This document shows positions 55,707 through 64,000 of a DNA stretch of 64,000 nt, in pieces (position 1 is the first letter of the stretch; every line of letters begins with the position of its first letter). Under the pieces are notes generated by a model. The model was not told where the DNA came from. It saw only the letters and a list, made by a program, of their open reading frames with translations, and made no database searches. The translations under genes were made by a program, and so were the position numbers. The stretch lies in the NCBI GenBank assembly GCA_963779615.1, contig CAVZZA010000003.1:800001-864000 (forward strand). The letters are read 5' to 3'. The stretch comes from an uncultured Nitrososphaeraceae archaeon (lineage in GTDB: Archaea > Thermoproteota > Nitrososphaeria > Nitrososphaerales > Nitrososphaeraceae).

Positions 55707-55963
55707 AATCTTTTGAATAACCGTTGAAAAAAAAATTGTTAATTTTGATATGCATGTAATTATAGAGATTTGTTGATTAAACCAAAACATTAACAAATAA
55801 AATCACTGCAGTTATGGGGATAAAAGAGAAAGAAAAGAACATCCCATCAATACTGCAATAGCAGAAGGTTCAACAATCAATATCACACCGCAAAATCATA
55901 AATCTTGAAAAATATGATATATCCGATTACAATAATTAAATAACCAAAACAATAATATAAATT

Positions 55964-56395
55964 ATGCAAAAGTCAAGAAAAATAGCTGCAGAAATATTAG
56001 TATCCATTGCATTTATTTTATTAGCTGCCTATATAGCCGATGCCGCAATAGCAATGCTAAACAATTCAGAAGGGTTTTTGCCCCTTTCAGCAAAAGACAG
56101 AGGAATGATCTTTGGAGGAGGTTCGATACTTCTCTTTTTCCTATCATACGGTATCGGATTTAACATTAAATCCAGGATTTTAACTGCATTGTTGATTATT
56201 GGAGGCGCATTGATGGGCACATCAATAATATTTTCATCTTTTATAATACCCGGAGATTCATTTCCGACATCTAATTTAAATTCAACATCAAACAATTCAA
56301 CTAATCAAGCAATATCACCACAATTCCTTGGAATCATAATAATAGGATATATAATAATGGGGTTAGGAATACTAAGAGTAATAAGAAAAAAATAA
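55964..56395 (+). CDS. Four-TM hypothetical membrane protein
   Basis: YIADAA..GFLP..RGMIFGG and four hydrophobic helices. Confidence 0.75.
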   Translation: MQKSRKIAAEILVSIAFILLAAYIADAAIAMLNNSEGFLPLSAKDRGMIFGGGSILLFFLSYGIGFNIKSRILTALLIIGGALMGTSIIFSSFIIPGDSFPTSNLNSTSNNSTNQAISPQFLGIIIIGYIIMGLGILRVIRKK

Positions 56396-56771
56396 ATTAA
56401 ACATACATTAATTTTATATTTTTTCATCATCAAAACAACAAGTCTTGTAGGTGAGTTTTTTTTTTGTTTGTTTATAATGATGGGTAATCTTCAATGATAA
56501 TAACGTCTGGCGGATTTTCCATTAGAATTCCGTCCATCATTCGCTATAAATTATTAGATACTGTTAAACTAAAACCATACTTTTCCAATTCATCCATTGT
56601 TTGTAATTTTCCATAACAAATCAAATTATGTAAAAATAAAACTAAAAGGTCCAAAAATAAATATTTTGACAAACATCGTGAAACTTTTAATTAGGCTAAC
56701 AAAAAAGGAGTTTTCGCAGATGATTGTAGGTTACATTAAAGATTATTACGTTCTTTAATAAATTACAATTA

Positions 56772-57944
56772 TTGGAAACTATCTTGGTCAAAGGTCCAGG
56801 ACTTTTAAAGATTAGAGGAGAGTGTGAAATATTGGGAGTAAAGTTTACAAATACTTTTATTTTATACAATAATAACAAATATCTTCCAATTGAAAAAGGC
56901 AAGGATTCAATAATAACCTTAAAAAAAAATTCACGTTGCATCTTTCCAAAAAGAACCACAGAACAAGATCAGTCCAAAATTGGGACAAAAATGTGGGACA
57001 ATATTATAAGGTCAATCGTAAAATCAAATAGAAAAAGAATAATAATCATTGGTCCTTCAGATGCAGGAAAATCCACATTAACCTTATTTATAGCAAACAA
57101 ATTGATAAGCAAAGGTTTAAGGCCAGTCATAATAGATTCAGATATTGGTCAAGGAGAATTATCGCCTCCAACCTGCATTGGAGCAGCAATAATATCAAAG
57201 CAGACGATAGACCTTGCAGAAGTTAATCCTGATTACATTAATTTCATAGGGCACATACAACCAATAGGGTATGAATCAAGAATAATAAATTGCATAAAAA
57301 GATCATATGATAAATTAAACAAAAATAATAACATAACTCTAATTAACACAGATGGCTATATGGGCCAGAATGAAAACAACTACAAAATAGATCTAATAGA
57401 AAAGATAGGACCAGACTGTATTGTTTGCATGGGAGAAAATAGACATATTAATGACTTTTTTAAGACAATAAAAGAAAAATATTCGAATAACCCAAACATA
57501 CAAATACTACAAGGACAGGCACCATACAAAGAAATTCAAAAATCTGTTTATGATAGAAGAGATAAAAGGTTACTAAAATACTCCAAACTCTTTAAAACAT
57601 TCCTCAATAAGGTAATTATTTCTAAAAAAAAAATAAATGCCATATACTACAAAGACAAATTTTTTTTATTAAATATCATGTCTCATATTGATAAGGCCAA
57701 TAAAGTGGAAACAAACAGCAAAAGAATTCAAGATTTGATAAGCAATAAAATTTTTATGCAAGATCGCTTTGTGGGTCTTTCATTAGAAGCAGATTATGAG
57801 AAAATTATAGGTTTTGGCACATTAAAAGATTTTAACCACGACTTTTTTTCAATTCAAGCATCTGTAAATAAATTTGACTATATTTTCATGAGCGATATAA
57901 AACTATATTACAATAACAGTCCGTTATATTACCATAAAATATAA
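56772..57944 (+). CDS. Clp1/Grc3-family polynucleotide 5'-kinase
   Basis: GPSDAGKST P-loop, DSDIGQ, PPTCIG, INTDG. Confidence 0.88.
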   Translation: METILVKGPGLLKIRGECEILGVKFTNTFILYNNNKYLPIEKGKDSIITLKKNSRCIFPKRTTEQDQSKIGTKMWDNIIRSIVKSNRKRIIIIGPSDAGKSTLTLFIANKLISKGLRPVIIDSDIGQGELSPPTCIGAAIISKQTIDLAEVNPDYINFIGHIQPIGYESRIINCIKRSYDKLNKNNNITLINTDGYMGQNENNYKIDLIEKIGPDCIVCMGENRHINDFFKTIKEKYSNNPNIQILQGQAPYKEIQKSVYDRRDKRLLKYSKLFKTFLNKVIISKKKINAIYYKDKFFLLNIMSHIDKANKVETNSKRIQDLISNKIFMQDRFVGLSLEADYEKIIGFGTLKDFNHDFFSIQASVNKFDYIFMSDIKLYYNNSPLYYHKI

Positions 57945-58283
57945 ACAATGCATATCATCAGCAATAAAATTAAATTTATTCAAACTCTAATAAAAATTAT
58001 TGACAGGCACAGGTAATAGAAAAAGCGAGGTAATTGAAAATAATATTTGCATTGTTTGTAAAAGCAATCTAACAAAAGAGAATACAAGAGTAAAAGAAAA
58101 CCAAAAATACGCAAAATATAGAAAAGTAGTATGTTCAAGTTGTTTTAAAGATTATTATCCAACCAACTAAATAACCATTCTAAGGTTATTCTAAGATGGA
58201 TCACTTTAATTATTAAAAATATTGTGTAAAGAGATCTCCTCACTATTAGGTTCACATTTTAAAAGTATTTGAAAATAATCATT

Positions 58284-59323
58284 AGATCTCTTGCATAATT
58301 AGAAACAGTATACCGCATCAGCATGGCAATGACTGATGCCCATCTAAAAAGACGATAATATTCTGTAGTTTACCAGCCCCTGATGCTATATCGGATATCT
58401 TGTCATAATTTCTCAACCTGTTTCTGAAGATATCGCTCACTATCCTGTACTTTTTCATCCTGCAAATGGTGTGCTCCATCACCATCCTTTTTCTGGAGTG
58501 ATTCTGGTTGCACTCTTTTTCCTCTTGAGACAACTCATTTTGGTTCCTCTTATTTTTGTTTGACAGGTATGACGTTTGGTCAGGAAAGTCTTTCTCAACT
58601 CCAAGATATCCGAGATCAAAAACATTAACGGCATCTTTTGGAGTTACCGGGTGATTCTTTTTATAGATGCTATAGTCGTGTCTGTGTCCTTTCTTGTCTT
58701 TTGTTTTATGGATAATAACACCGAAGTTGTTAACCATGAGATGTGTCTTTACGGTATGCCTTTTCTTCTTGCCTGAATAATACGCCTTCCTTCTCCTCCT
58801 GTTTTCAGGCCTTGGTATCTGCTGTTCTGTGCAATCAGTGAAGAAATAAAGCCAGGAAAGTACCTTTCAACCTCTCTTGTGTGCGCAGATTTTTGGTTGT
58901 TTTGTGCATATTTTAAGGAATTGGCGCACACCTCTTACCAGAGACAATCTTTTGGATGTCCCTACAGATGTTGCTTTGGTCCAAGTCAAACTAAAAGCCG
59001 GCCAACGTTAGGTTATGCAAAGACGGCAGTAGACCAAAAGCATCAGAAACCTGTTCTTCACATCCATCTTGAGGCGTCGCCCAGCACCCATGGATCGTTT
59101 CCTACTATCATTTCTTTGGGATAATCGCCTGATCTCATGCCTGCCGTATCTTTTTGATATCCCCTTACCGTAAATGTCATCAAACCCCTTTACTGTCAGG
59201 CCGGTGAATTACTTGAAAAGCAGTGGTTTTCTGGACAACCTGTTATACGAGAGCAAAGCAAGGACAGGGAATTAATGAATTTATGGTCATATAGCTGTTT
59301 AGTGGCAATTACGCAAGAAATCT
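58284..59323 (-). mobile_element. IS5-like (DDE_Tnp_4) element, pseudogenised transposase
   Basis: IRs AGATCTCTTGCATAATT / AATTACGCAAGAAATCT (15/17). Fragments FTGLTV, DCTEQQIPRP, YYSGKKK, HDY, DLGYLG, RMVMEHTICRMKKYRI across frameshifts. Confidence 0.9.
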
Positions 59324-59404
59324 CTGGCATAATCTGCGTAGTTTAATGATGACAATTTAGCAGATAAAAATAATAGGAATAATTGTCCAAAACAGATAGG
59401 TTAT

Positions 59405-59717
59405 GGGGTAGCCTACTAGTACCAACACGAATAAAAGGTCCCATCTCACATCTTACCAAATCCACCACGTAGACGCAACAGCATGGCTGAGCTGCCTTAG
59501 GGTTGCTCCCTCCCGGACCTCACCCATTTCGGCAATACACAGTCAAGTCCACACCTTCATGTGGTTTGCTGTTCATAGCCATCCGATACGGCATGGTTTC
59601 ATGCTGGCCAGATAAGCGGGTTCCTCCCACTCATGAATTTACCTAGTAGTTGCTGATCTCAACATGAAGCCGATTTCTGATTTGGGGCACGGCTAGCACC
59701 CCGATCCTACCTACCCC
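59405..59717 (-). ncRNA. ffs: Archaeal SRP (7S) RNA
   Basis: About 313 nt, GC-rich, with terminal helix GGGGTAG/CTACCCC, an Alu-like 5' domain and helix 8 GAGGTCC-GGGA-GGGAGCA. Confidence 0.92.
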
Positions 59718-59852
59718 AAATATACCACTGATAAATGCAAATATAATTTTATTGGAAAAGTTATTCGGAAAAATCAAGATAAAAACAGTATGATTTTAGA
59801 GCAATAAAATTAAAAAACTTTGCAAAAAAAAAATATACAAAAGAGATGTGGA

Positions 59853-61523
59853 TCACATCATGCCATCCATTCCACCTGGTGGCATACCACCCATTCCTCC
59901 TGGTGGCATACCTCCACCTCCGGCTGATTTACTTGATGCAATAACATCATCAATCCTCAAAATCATCGAAGCAACTTCTGTAGCCGATTTAATGATTTGC
60001 TCTTTTACCGACAATGGTTCAACAATATCTTGTTCAGCCATGTCAGCAATCCGTGAATTACGAGCATCTATACCAGACCATGTGGATCCCTTACTCTGCC
60101 TTGATCTCAATTCAGTCATTGTATCAATCGAATCCATGCCTGCATTTTCAGCCAATGTTAAAGGAATGACCTCCAATGACTCGGCAAATTTTTCTGCTGC
60201 AAGTTGTTCTCGGCCTGACAAAGTATTTGTCCATTCTTTCAGCTTATTTGAGACATAGGCCTCAGGGGATCCACCTCCGGCAACGATCAATGGTTTTTCC
60301 AATACATCTTTTGTTACCATTAGGGCGTCATGAACTGAACGATCAGCCTCATCAACTACCCTTTGAGAACCACCGCGGATAAGAATTGTAACAGCTTTTG
60401 GGTTTTTACAGCCCTCTATGAATACCCATTTGTCTGTTTCAACTTTTCGTTCTTCGACCAGATCGCTGACACCCAAATCTTTGGATGTCATATCATCAAG
60501 ATTGTTAATCACACGGGCTCCTGTGGCTCTGGCCAGTTTTGTCATATCACTTTCTTTTACACGGCGGACGGTCAGAATTGAGGATTTTGCTAAATAATGT
60601 TGTGCAATGTCATCAATGCCTTTTTGGCAGATCACTACATTTGCACCCGCAGCAGTTATCTTATCCACCATTGATTTTAACATGGTGTTTTCTTCATCAA
60701 GGAATCTTTTCATTTGATCTGGTGAAGTTATATTCAATTTAGCATCAAACTCGGTTTTTTCAATTTCCAATGCAGAGGTGATTAATGCTATTTTTGCATT
60801 CTCAACACGTTTTGGCATTCCACCATGCACAACTTCTTTATCCAAAACCATACCTTTTATTAATTGAGTATCCTTAATAGAACCACCTGCTTTCTTTTCA
60901 ACTTTAATGTCATCCAAATCAACTCTTGTAGAACCATTATGCGTTTCTGCCACTTGTTGTGCAGCAGTAACTACAATATTAGCTAAATCAACAGAATCTT
61001 TAGAAACCAATTTGGTTTGCATAGAAGTTCTAGCTATTTTCATCAATTGGCCTTTTTCACCAGCATTTACCTTCATTGCAATACTGTTCAAAATTTCAAT
61101 TGCCTTAAAAGCACTCTTTCTATACCCATCTACAATAACAGTAGGATGAACATTTTTTGCAATTAACTCCTCTGCTCTTTCAATCAAAGAGCCTGCTAAA
61201 ACCACTACAGATGTAGTCCCATCACCTACCTCGTTATCAGTTGCTTTACTTATTTCCACCATCATTTTTGCGGCAGGATGTTGAACATCTATCTCCTTTA
61301 GAATGGTTGCCCCATCATTAGTTATAGTTACATCGCCTAACGAATCGACAAGCATTTTATCCATTCCTCTGGGGCCTAAACTTGTTCTAACTATTTCTGC
61401 AACTGTTTTTGCAGCAGTAAAATTATTTTTTTGAGCTTCCTTACCTTTGGTCTCACTAGACCCTTCTTTCAATATTAAAACCGGCATACCGCCAGCTGAA
61501 CCTTGTTGAATTGACACTTCCAC
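59853..61523 (-). CDS. ths: Thermosome (group II chaperonin) subunit
   Basis: [31 protein letters not shown] tail. Confidence 0.98.
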   Translation of the reverse strand: MEVSIQQGSAGGMPVLILKEGSSETKGKEAQKNNFTAAKTVAEIVRTSLGPRGMDKMLVDSLGDVTITNDGATILKEIDVQHPAAKMMVEISKATDNEVGDGTTSVVVLAGSLIERAEELIAKNVHPTVIVDGYRKSAFKAIEILNSIAMKVNAGEKGQLMKIARTSMQTKLVSKDSVDLANIVVTAAQQVAETHNGSTRVDLDDIKVEKKAGGSIKDTQLIKGMVLDKEVVHGGMPKRVENAKIALITSALEIEKTEFDAKLNITSPDQMKRFLDEENTMLKSMVDKITAAGANVVICQKGIDDIAQHYLAKSSILTVRRVKESDMTKLARATGARVINNLDDMTSKDLGVSDLVEERKVETDKWVFIEGCKNPKAVTILIRGGSQRVVDEADRSVHDALMVTKDVLEKPLIVAGGGSPEAYVSNKLKEWTNTLSGREQLAAEKFAESLEVIPLTLAENAGMDSIDTMTELRSRQSKGSTWSGIDARNSRIADMAEQDIVEPLSVKEQIIKSATEVASMILRIDDVIASSKSAGGGGMPPGGMGGMPPGGMDGMM

Positions 61524-61637
61524 TATTCACCTTAAAATTATAATAAAGTTGAGGTATTTGGTATATTAAACTTACTTATGAAAAAGGATTAAAAATGAAT
61601 ATGATGGTTGAGGTAAAATAAAGAAAATAAAAAATCG

Positions 61638-62120
61638 CTATTCAAATAATGCATCGTATTTTCCTGCTGATACATCTGCATATAATTCTTTAGCAACTTT
61701 ATCTTCAACTTTTATACCCAAACTTAAACAAGAACCGATTATTTCTTTAGCAATAGACTTTACATCTGGGGCATACGAAACATCTAATTTCATTTTAGAT
61801 ATTTTAACAATACTCTGCATAGAGATATTTCCAACAAAATTGGTTCCAGCAGTGCCTGAGCCCTTGTTTATACCAGATTCTTTAAAAATAAGTGCAGCAG
61901 TTGGCGGAACACCAACTTCTACAGAAAATTTTTTGGTTTCGGGGTCAACTTCAACTTTGACAGGTACTTTCATTCCAGGAAAATCTTTGGTTTTTTCATT
62001 AATGGTATTAACAACCTGCAAAATATTAATACCAAGCGGCCCAAGAGCGGGTCCCAATGGTGGGCCTGCACTAGCTTCTCCTCCACTCACTAAAGCATTT
62101 ACAACTTTTTTTTCGCTCAT
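61638..62120 (-). CDS. rpl11: 50S ribosomal protein L11
   Basis: GGEASAGPPLGPALGP, GMKVPV, PPTAALI, GSCLSLG. Confidence 0.98.
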   Translation of the reverse strand: MSEKKVVNALVSGGEASAGPPLGPALGPLGINILQVVNTINEKTKDFPGMKVPVKVEVDPETKKFSVEVGVPPTAALIFKESGINKGSGTAGTNFVGNISMQSIVKISKMKLDVSYAPDVKSIAKEIIGSCLSLGIKVEDKVAKELYADVSAGKYDALFE

Positions 62121-62162
62121 AAACTATAATCTAACGTACTAATATAAAATCCACTTATATTC

Positions 62163-62945
62163 TTATAAAATTTTTTTTAAATAATTAGCATCAACTGTTA
62201 CAGGAATTTGATATGGTGAATCTAACAAAACTACAGTTGCCTCCTGCTTCTCATAATCCACCCTCATTATTTTAGCTTTCATAGATTTAAAAGGACCAGC
62301 TATGATTTCGACAGTATCATCTATCACTAACTCCGTTACTACAGGTTTCTTTATCAAATATCCTTCAAGATCTTTAAATGGCAACTCCCCTCTGATCTGA
62401 CCTCTTATATGACGTATACCATGTAGGGCTTCATATGCAATATTGGAATCTAAAGCTTCAACTATAACATAACCTTTAAAACTTTCAAGAAATAAAATCG
62501 AATAAATCCCCTCAATCTTTTTAGAAGACAATCTGCTCTGAAGCATAGAAGCTATTAAACTTTCTTGACCTCCAGAAACCCGGACAACAAAAAACTTAGA
62601 ATCCAAATCGTCATCATCGGTGTCGGTAATAACTTTAGTATTTTTTTCTATTCCCGACGATTCACCTTCAACATCATCTTTGCCTGATTTTTTTTTATTG
62701 TCTTGTTTGTTTTTTTTCCCCTTTTTGGATCCTTCTTGCGAAATAGAGATCGTTTTACGGTCAATCTTATTTTTGGAATTGTTTCCACGATTTATATCCA
62801 CAATACCAATACCAGCATCGATGTCGTCAACATTCACACTTTTATCATCACCATCATCATCATCGGAATCAACATCCAATAGTTTTATGTCTACATCGTC
62901 ATCATCAGTGAGCTTTTTTGGCATATTATTAAAATCATTAAACAT
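62163..62945 (-). CDS. spt5: Transcription elongation factor Spt5 with ~115-aa acidic N-terminal extension
   Basis: NGN (FFVVRVSGGQE..KGYVIVEA) and KOW (VEIIAGPFK) domains, upstream of rpl11. Confidence 0.95.
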   Translation of the reverse strand: MFNDFNNMPKKLTDDDDVDIKLLDVDSDDDDGDDKSVNVDDIDAGIGIVDINRGNNSKNKIDRKTISISQEGSKKGKKNKQDNKKKSGKDDVEGESSGIEKNTKVITDTDDDDLDSKFFVVRVSGGQESLIASMLQSRLSSKKIEGIYSILFLESFKGYVIVEALDSNIAYEALHGIRHIRGQIRGELPFKDLEGYLIKKPVVTELVIDDTVEIIAGPFKSMKAKIMRVDYEKQEATVVLLDSPYQIPVTVDANYLKKIL

Positions 62946-63044
62946 AGATATTTGGAATTTATAAGTTTATAATGTCAAATCTAAAAAATAACGTTTTAAT
63001 TTGTGATAAAGGATAAATTAAACAAATTTTGACATTAATTTTTA

Positions 63045-63920
63045 TTGATAAATAACTTTACACTAGTAACATCCAGGAAGGACCCAGCAAGTATTACGAT
63101 GAGAAATTACCTGATGGAGGATGAAAAATTTGAAATAACCAATTGCCATATTCAAAAAAATCAGAACAATAACAATTATTTAGATGGAGATTATACAGTA
63201 TGTAATTCTTCAAAACATTCAAACACTAATTTAATTATTACTGACCAAAGTTTAATCAATTTTGATAATTTTAATTCCAAAATACCAAAAGATCATTTAA
63301 TAATATTTTTATCCAAACATGAATCTAAAAGCAAAAAAGCCACCTTAACATCTCACAGCACCGGAAATTTTTCAGACATTGTTTTAATGGGTGGGAAACC
63401 AATGGAAATTGGAAACACCTTTCCTTCGTTTCAAAAATACTATATGAAGAAATTGTATGAAAATAGAAATGAACTTTTAAACTTTGATTTGACAATTGAA
63501 GCTACCCATCACGGACCAACTTCATTATTGAATCCAGTGTTATTCATAGAAATTGGCTCATCAGAAGATGAATGGAATGACAAATCTACTGCGTCAATAG
63601 TTTGTAAGAGCATTTTAGACACAATAAAGAACATCAATATAAATATAAACAATAATTACACAGATATAGGAATAGGAATAGGAGGAAACCACTATCCACA
63701 AAAATTTAATGATCTAATAGTGTATTCCAATGTGGCATTTGGACCAATCATTAGCAAATACAATCTTCCCTTTATTAATGAAAGGATTATGAGTCAAATT
63801 AAAGAAAAAAGCATAGAGAAAATAGATATGGCATATATTGATAAAAAAGGGATAGGTCAAGAAAAAGAAAAAATTCTAAATATTCTAAGTTCTCAGGAAT
63901 TAGAGATCGTCTTTATTTAA
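63045..63920 (+). CDS. dtdA: D-aminoacyl-tRNA deacylase (archaeal DTD2/GEK1 type)
   Basis: DPAS, FLSKH, HSTGN, EATHHGPT, FIEIGS, GGNHY. Confidence 0.95.
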   Translation: MINNFTLVTSRKDPASITMRNYLMEDEKFEITNCHIQKNQNNNNYLDGDYTVCNSSKHSNTNLIITDQSLINFDNFNSKIPKDHLIIFLSKHESKSKKATLTSHSTGNFSDIVLMGGKPMEIGNTFPSFQKYYMKKLYENRNELLNFDLTIEATHHGPTSLLNPVLFIEIGSSEDEWNDKSTASIVCKSILDTIKNINININNNYTDIGIGIGGNHYPQKFNDLIVYSNVAFGPIISKYNLPFINERIMSQIKEKSIEKIDMAYIDKKGIGQEKEKILNILSSQELEIVFI

Positions 63921-64000
63921 AATTCTGATCGACCCCATAAATAAATTCACTAGTTTTCTGCACAAATAAAATCAATTCCATAAATTTAAAAGAATAACAA

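Noticed and set aside
29382-62964. Long antisense ORFs over marC, cdc48, korA, amoA, ths, rpl11 and spt5
   Set aside because: Shadow frames of well-supported genes on the opposite strand.

Overview
AT-rich chromosomal window from an ammonia-oxidising archaeon (Nitrososphaeraceae; Ca. Nitrosocosmicus-like is inferred from gene content and AT-richness). About 1-29 kb is an accessory and partly decaying region: redox, stress and transport genes, at least seven pseudogenes, IS6 elements, and a 19.8-28.1 kb island. That island holds three same-orientation modules of a tRNA 3'-end fragment followed by a truncated tyrosine-integrase 5' stub, a 17-bp palindromic direct repeat bracketing a 449-aa membrane-protein gene, and an 11-bp x ~11 tandem array. 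About 29-64 kb is mostly core genome: cdc48, M3 peptidase, amoB, 2-oxoacid:ferredoxin oxidoreductase, amoA, amoX, pdxS/T, a two-intron tRNA-Leu(UAA), tRNA-Thr(GGU), DNA ligase, Clp1-type kinase, a decayed IS5-type element, SRP RNA, thermosome, rpl11, spt5 and dtdA. Many core genes between 32.9 and 54.7 kb are frameshifted, mostly at short homopolymers, probably through sequencing indels. The best candidate for an undescribed system is the integron-like or tandem-integration island built from att+integrase stubs and a recurring palindromic site that shares a half-site with the att flank. Other highlights are an unannotated 52-aa nine-cysteine GG-terminated protein beside amoB, a Spt5 with a long acidic N-terminal tail, and paired NQT-repeat and Ser/Asp-repeat secreted proteins. 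All family calls come from motif recognition; no database searches were run.
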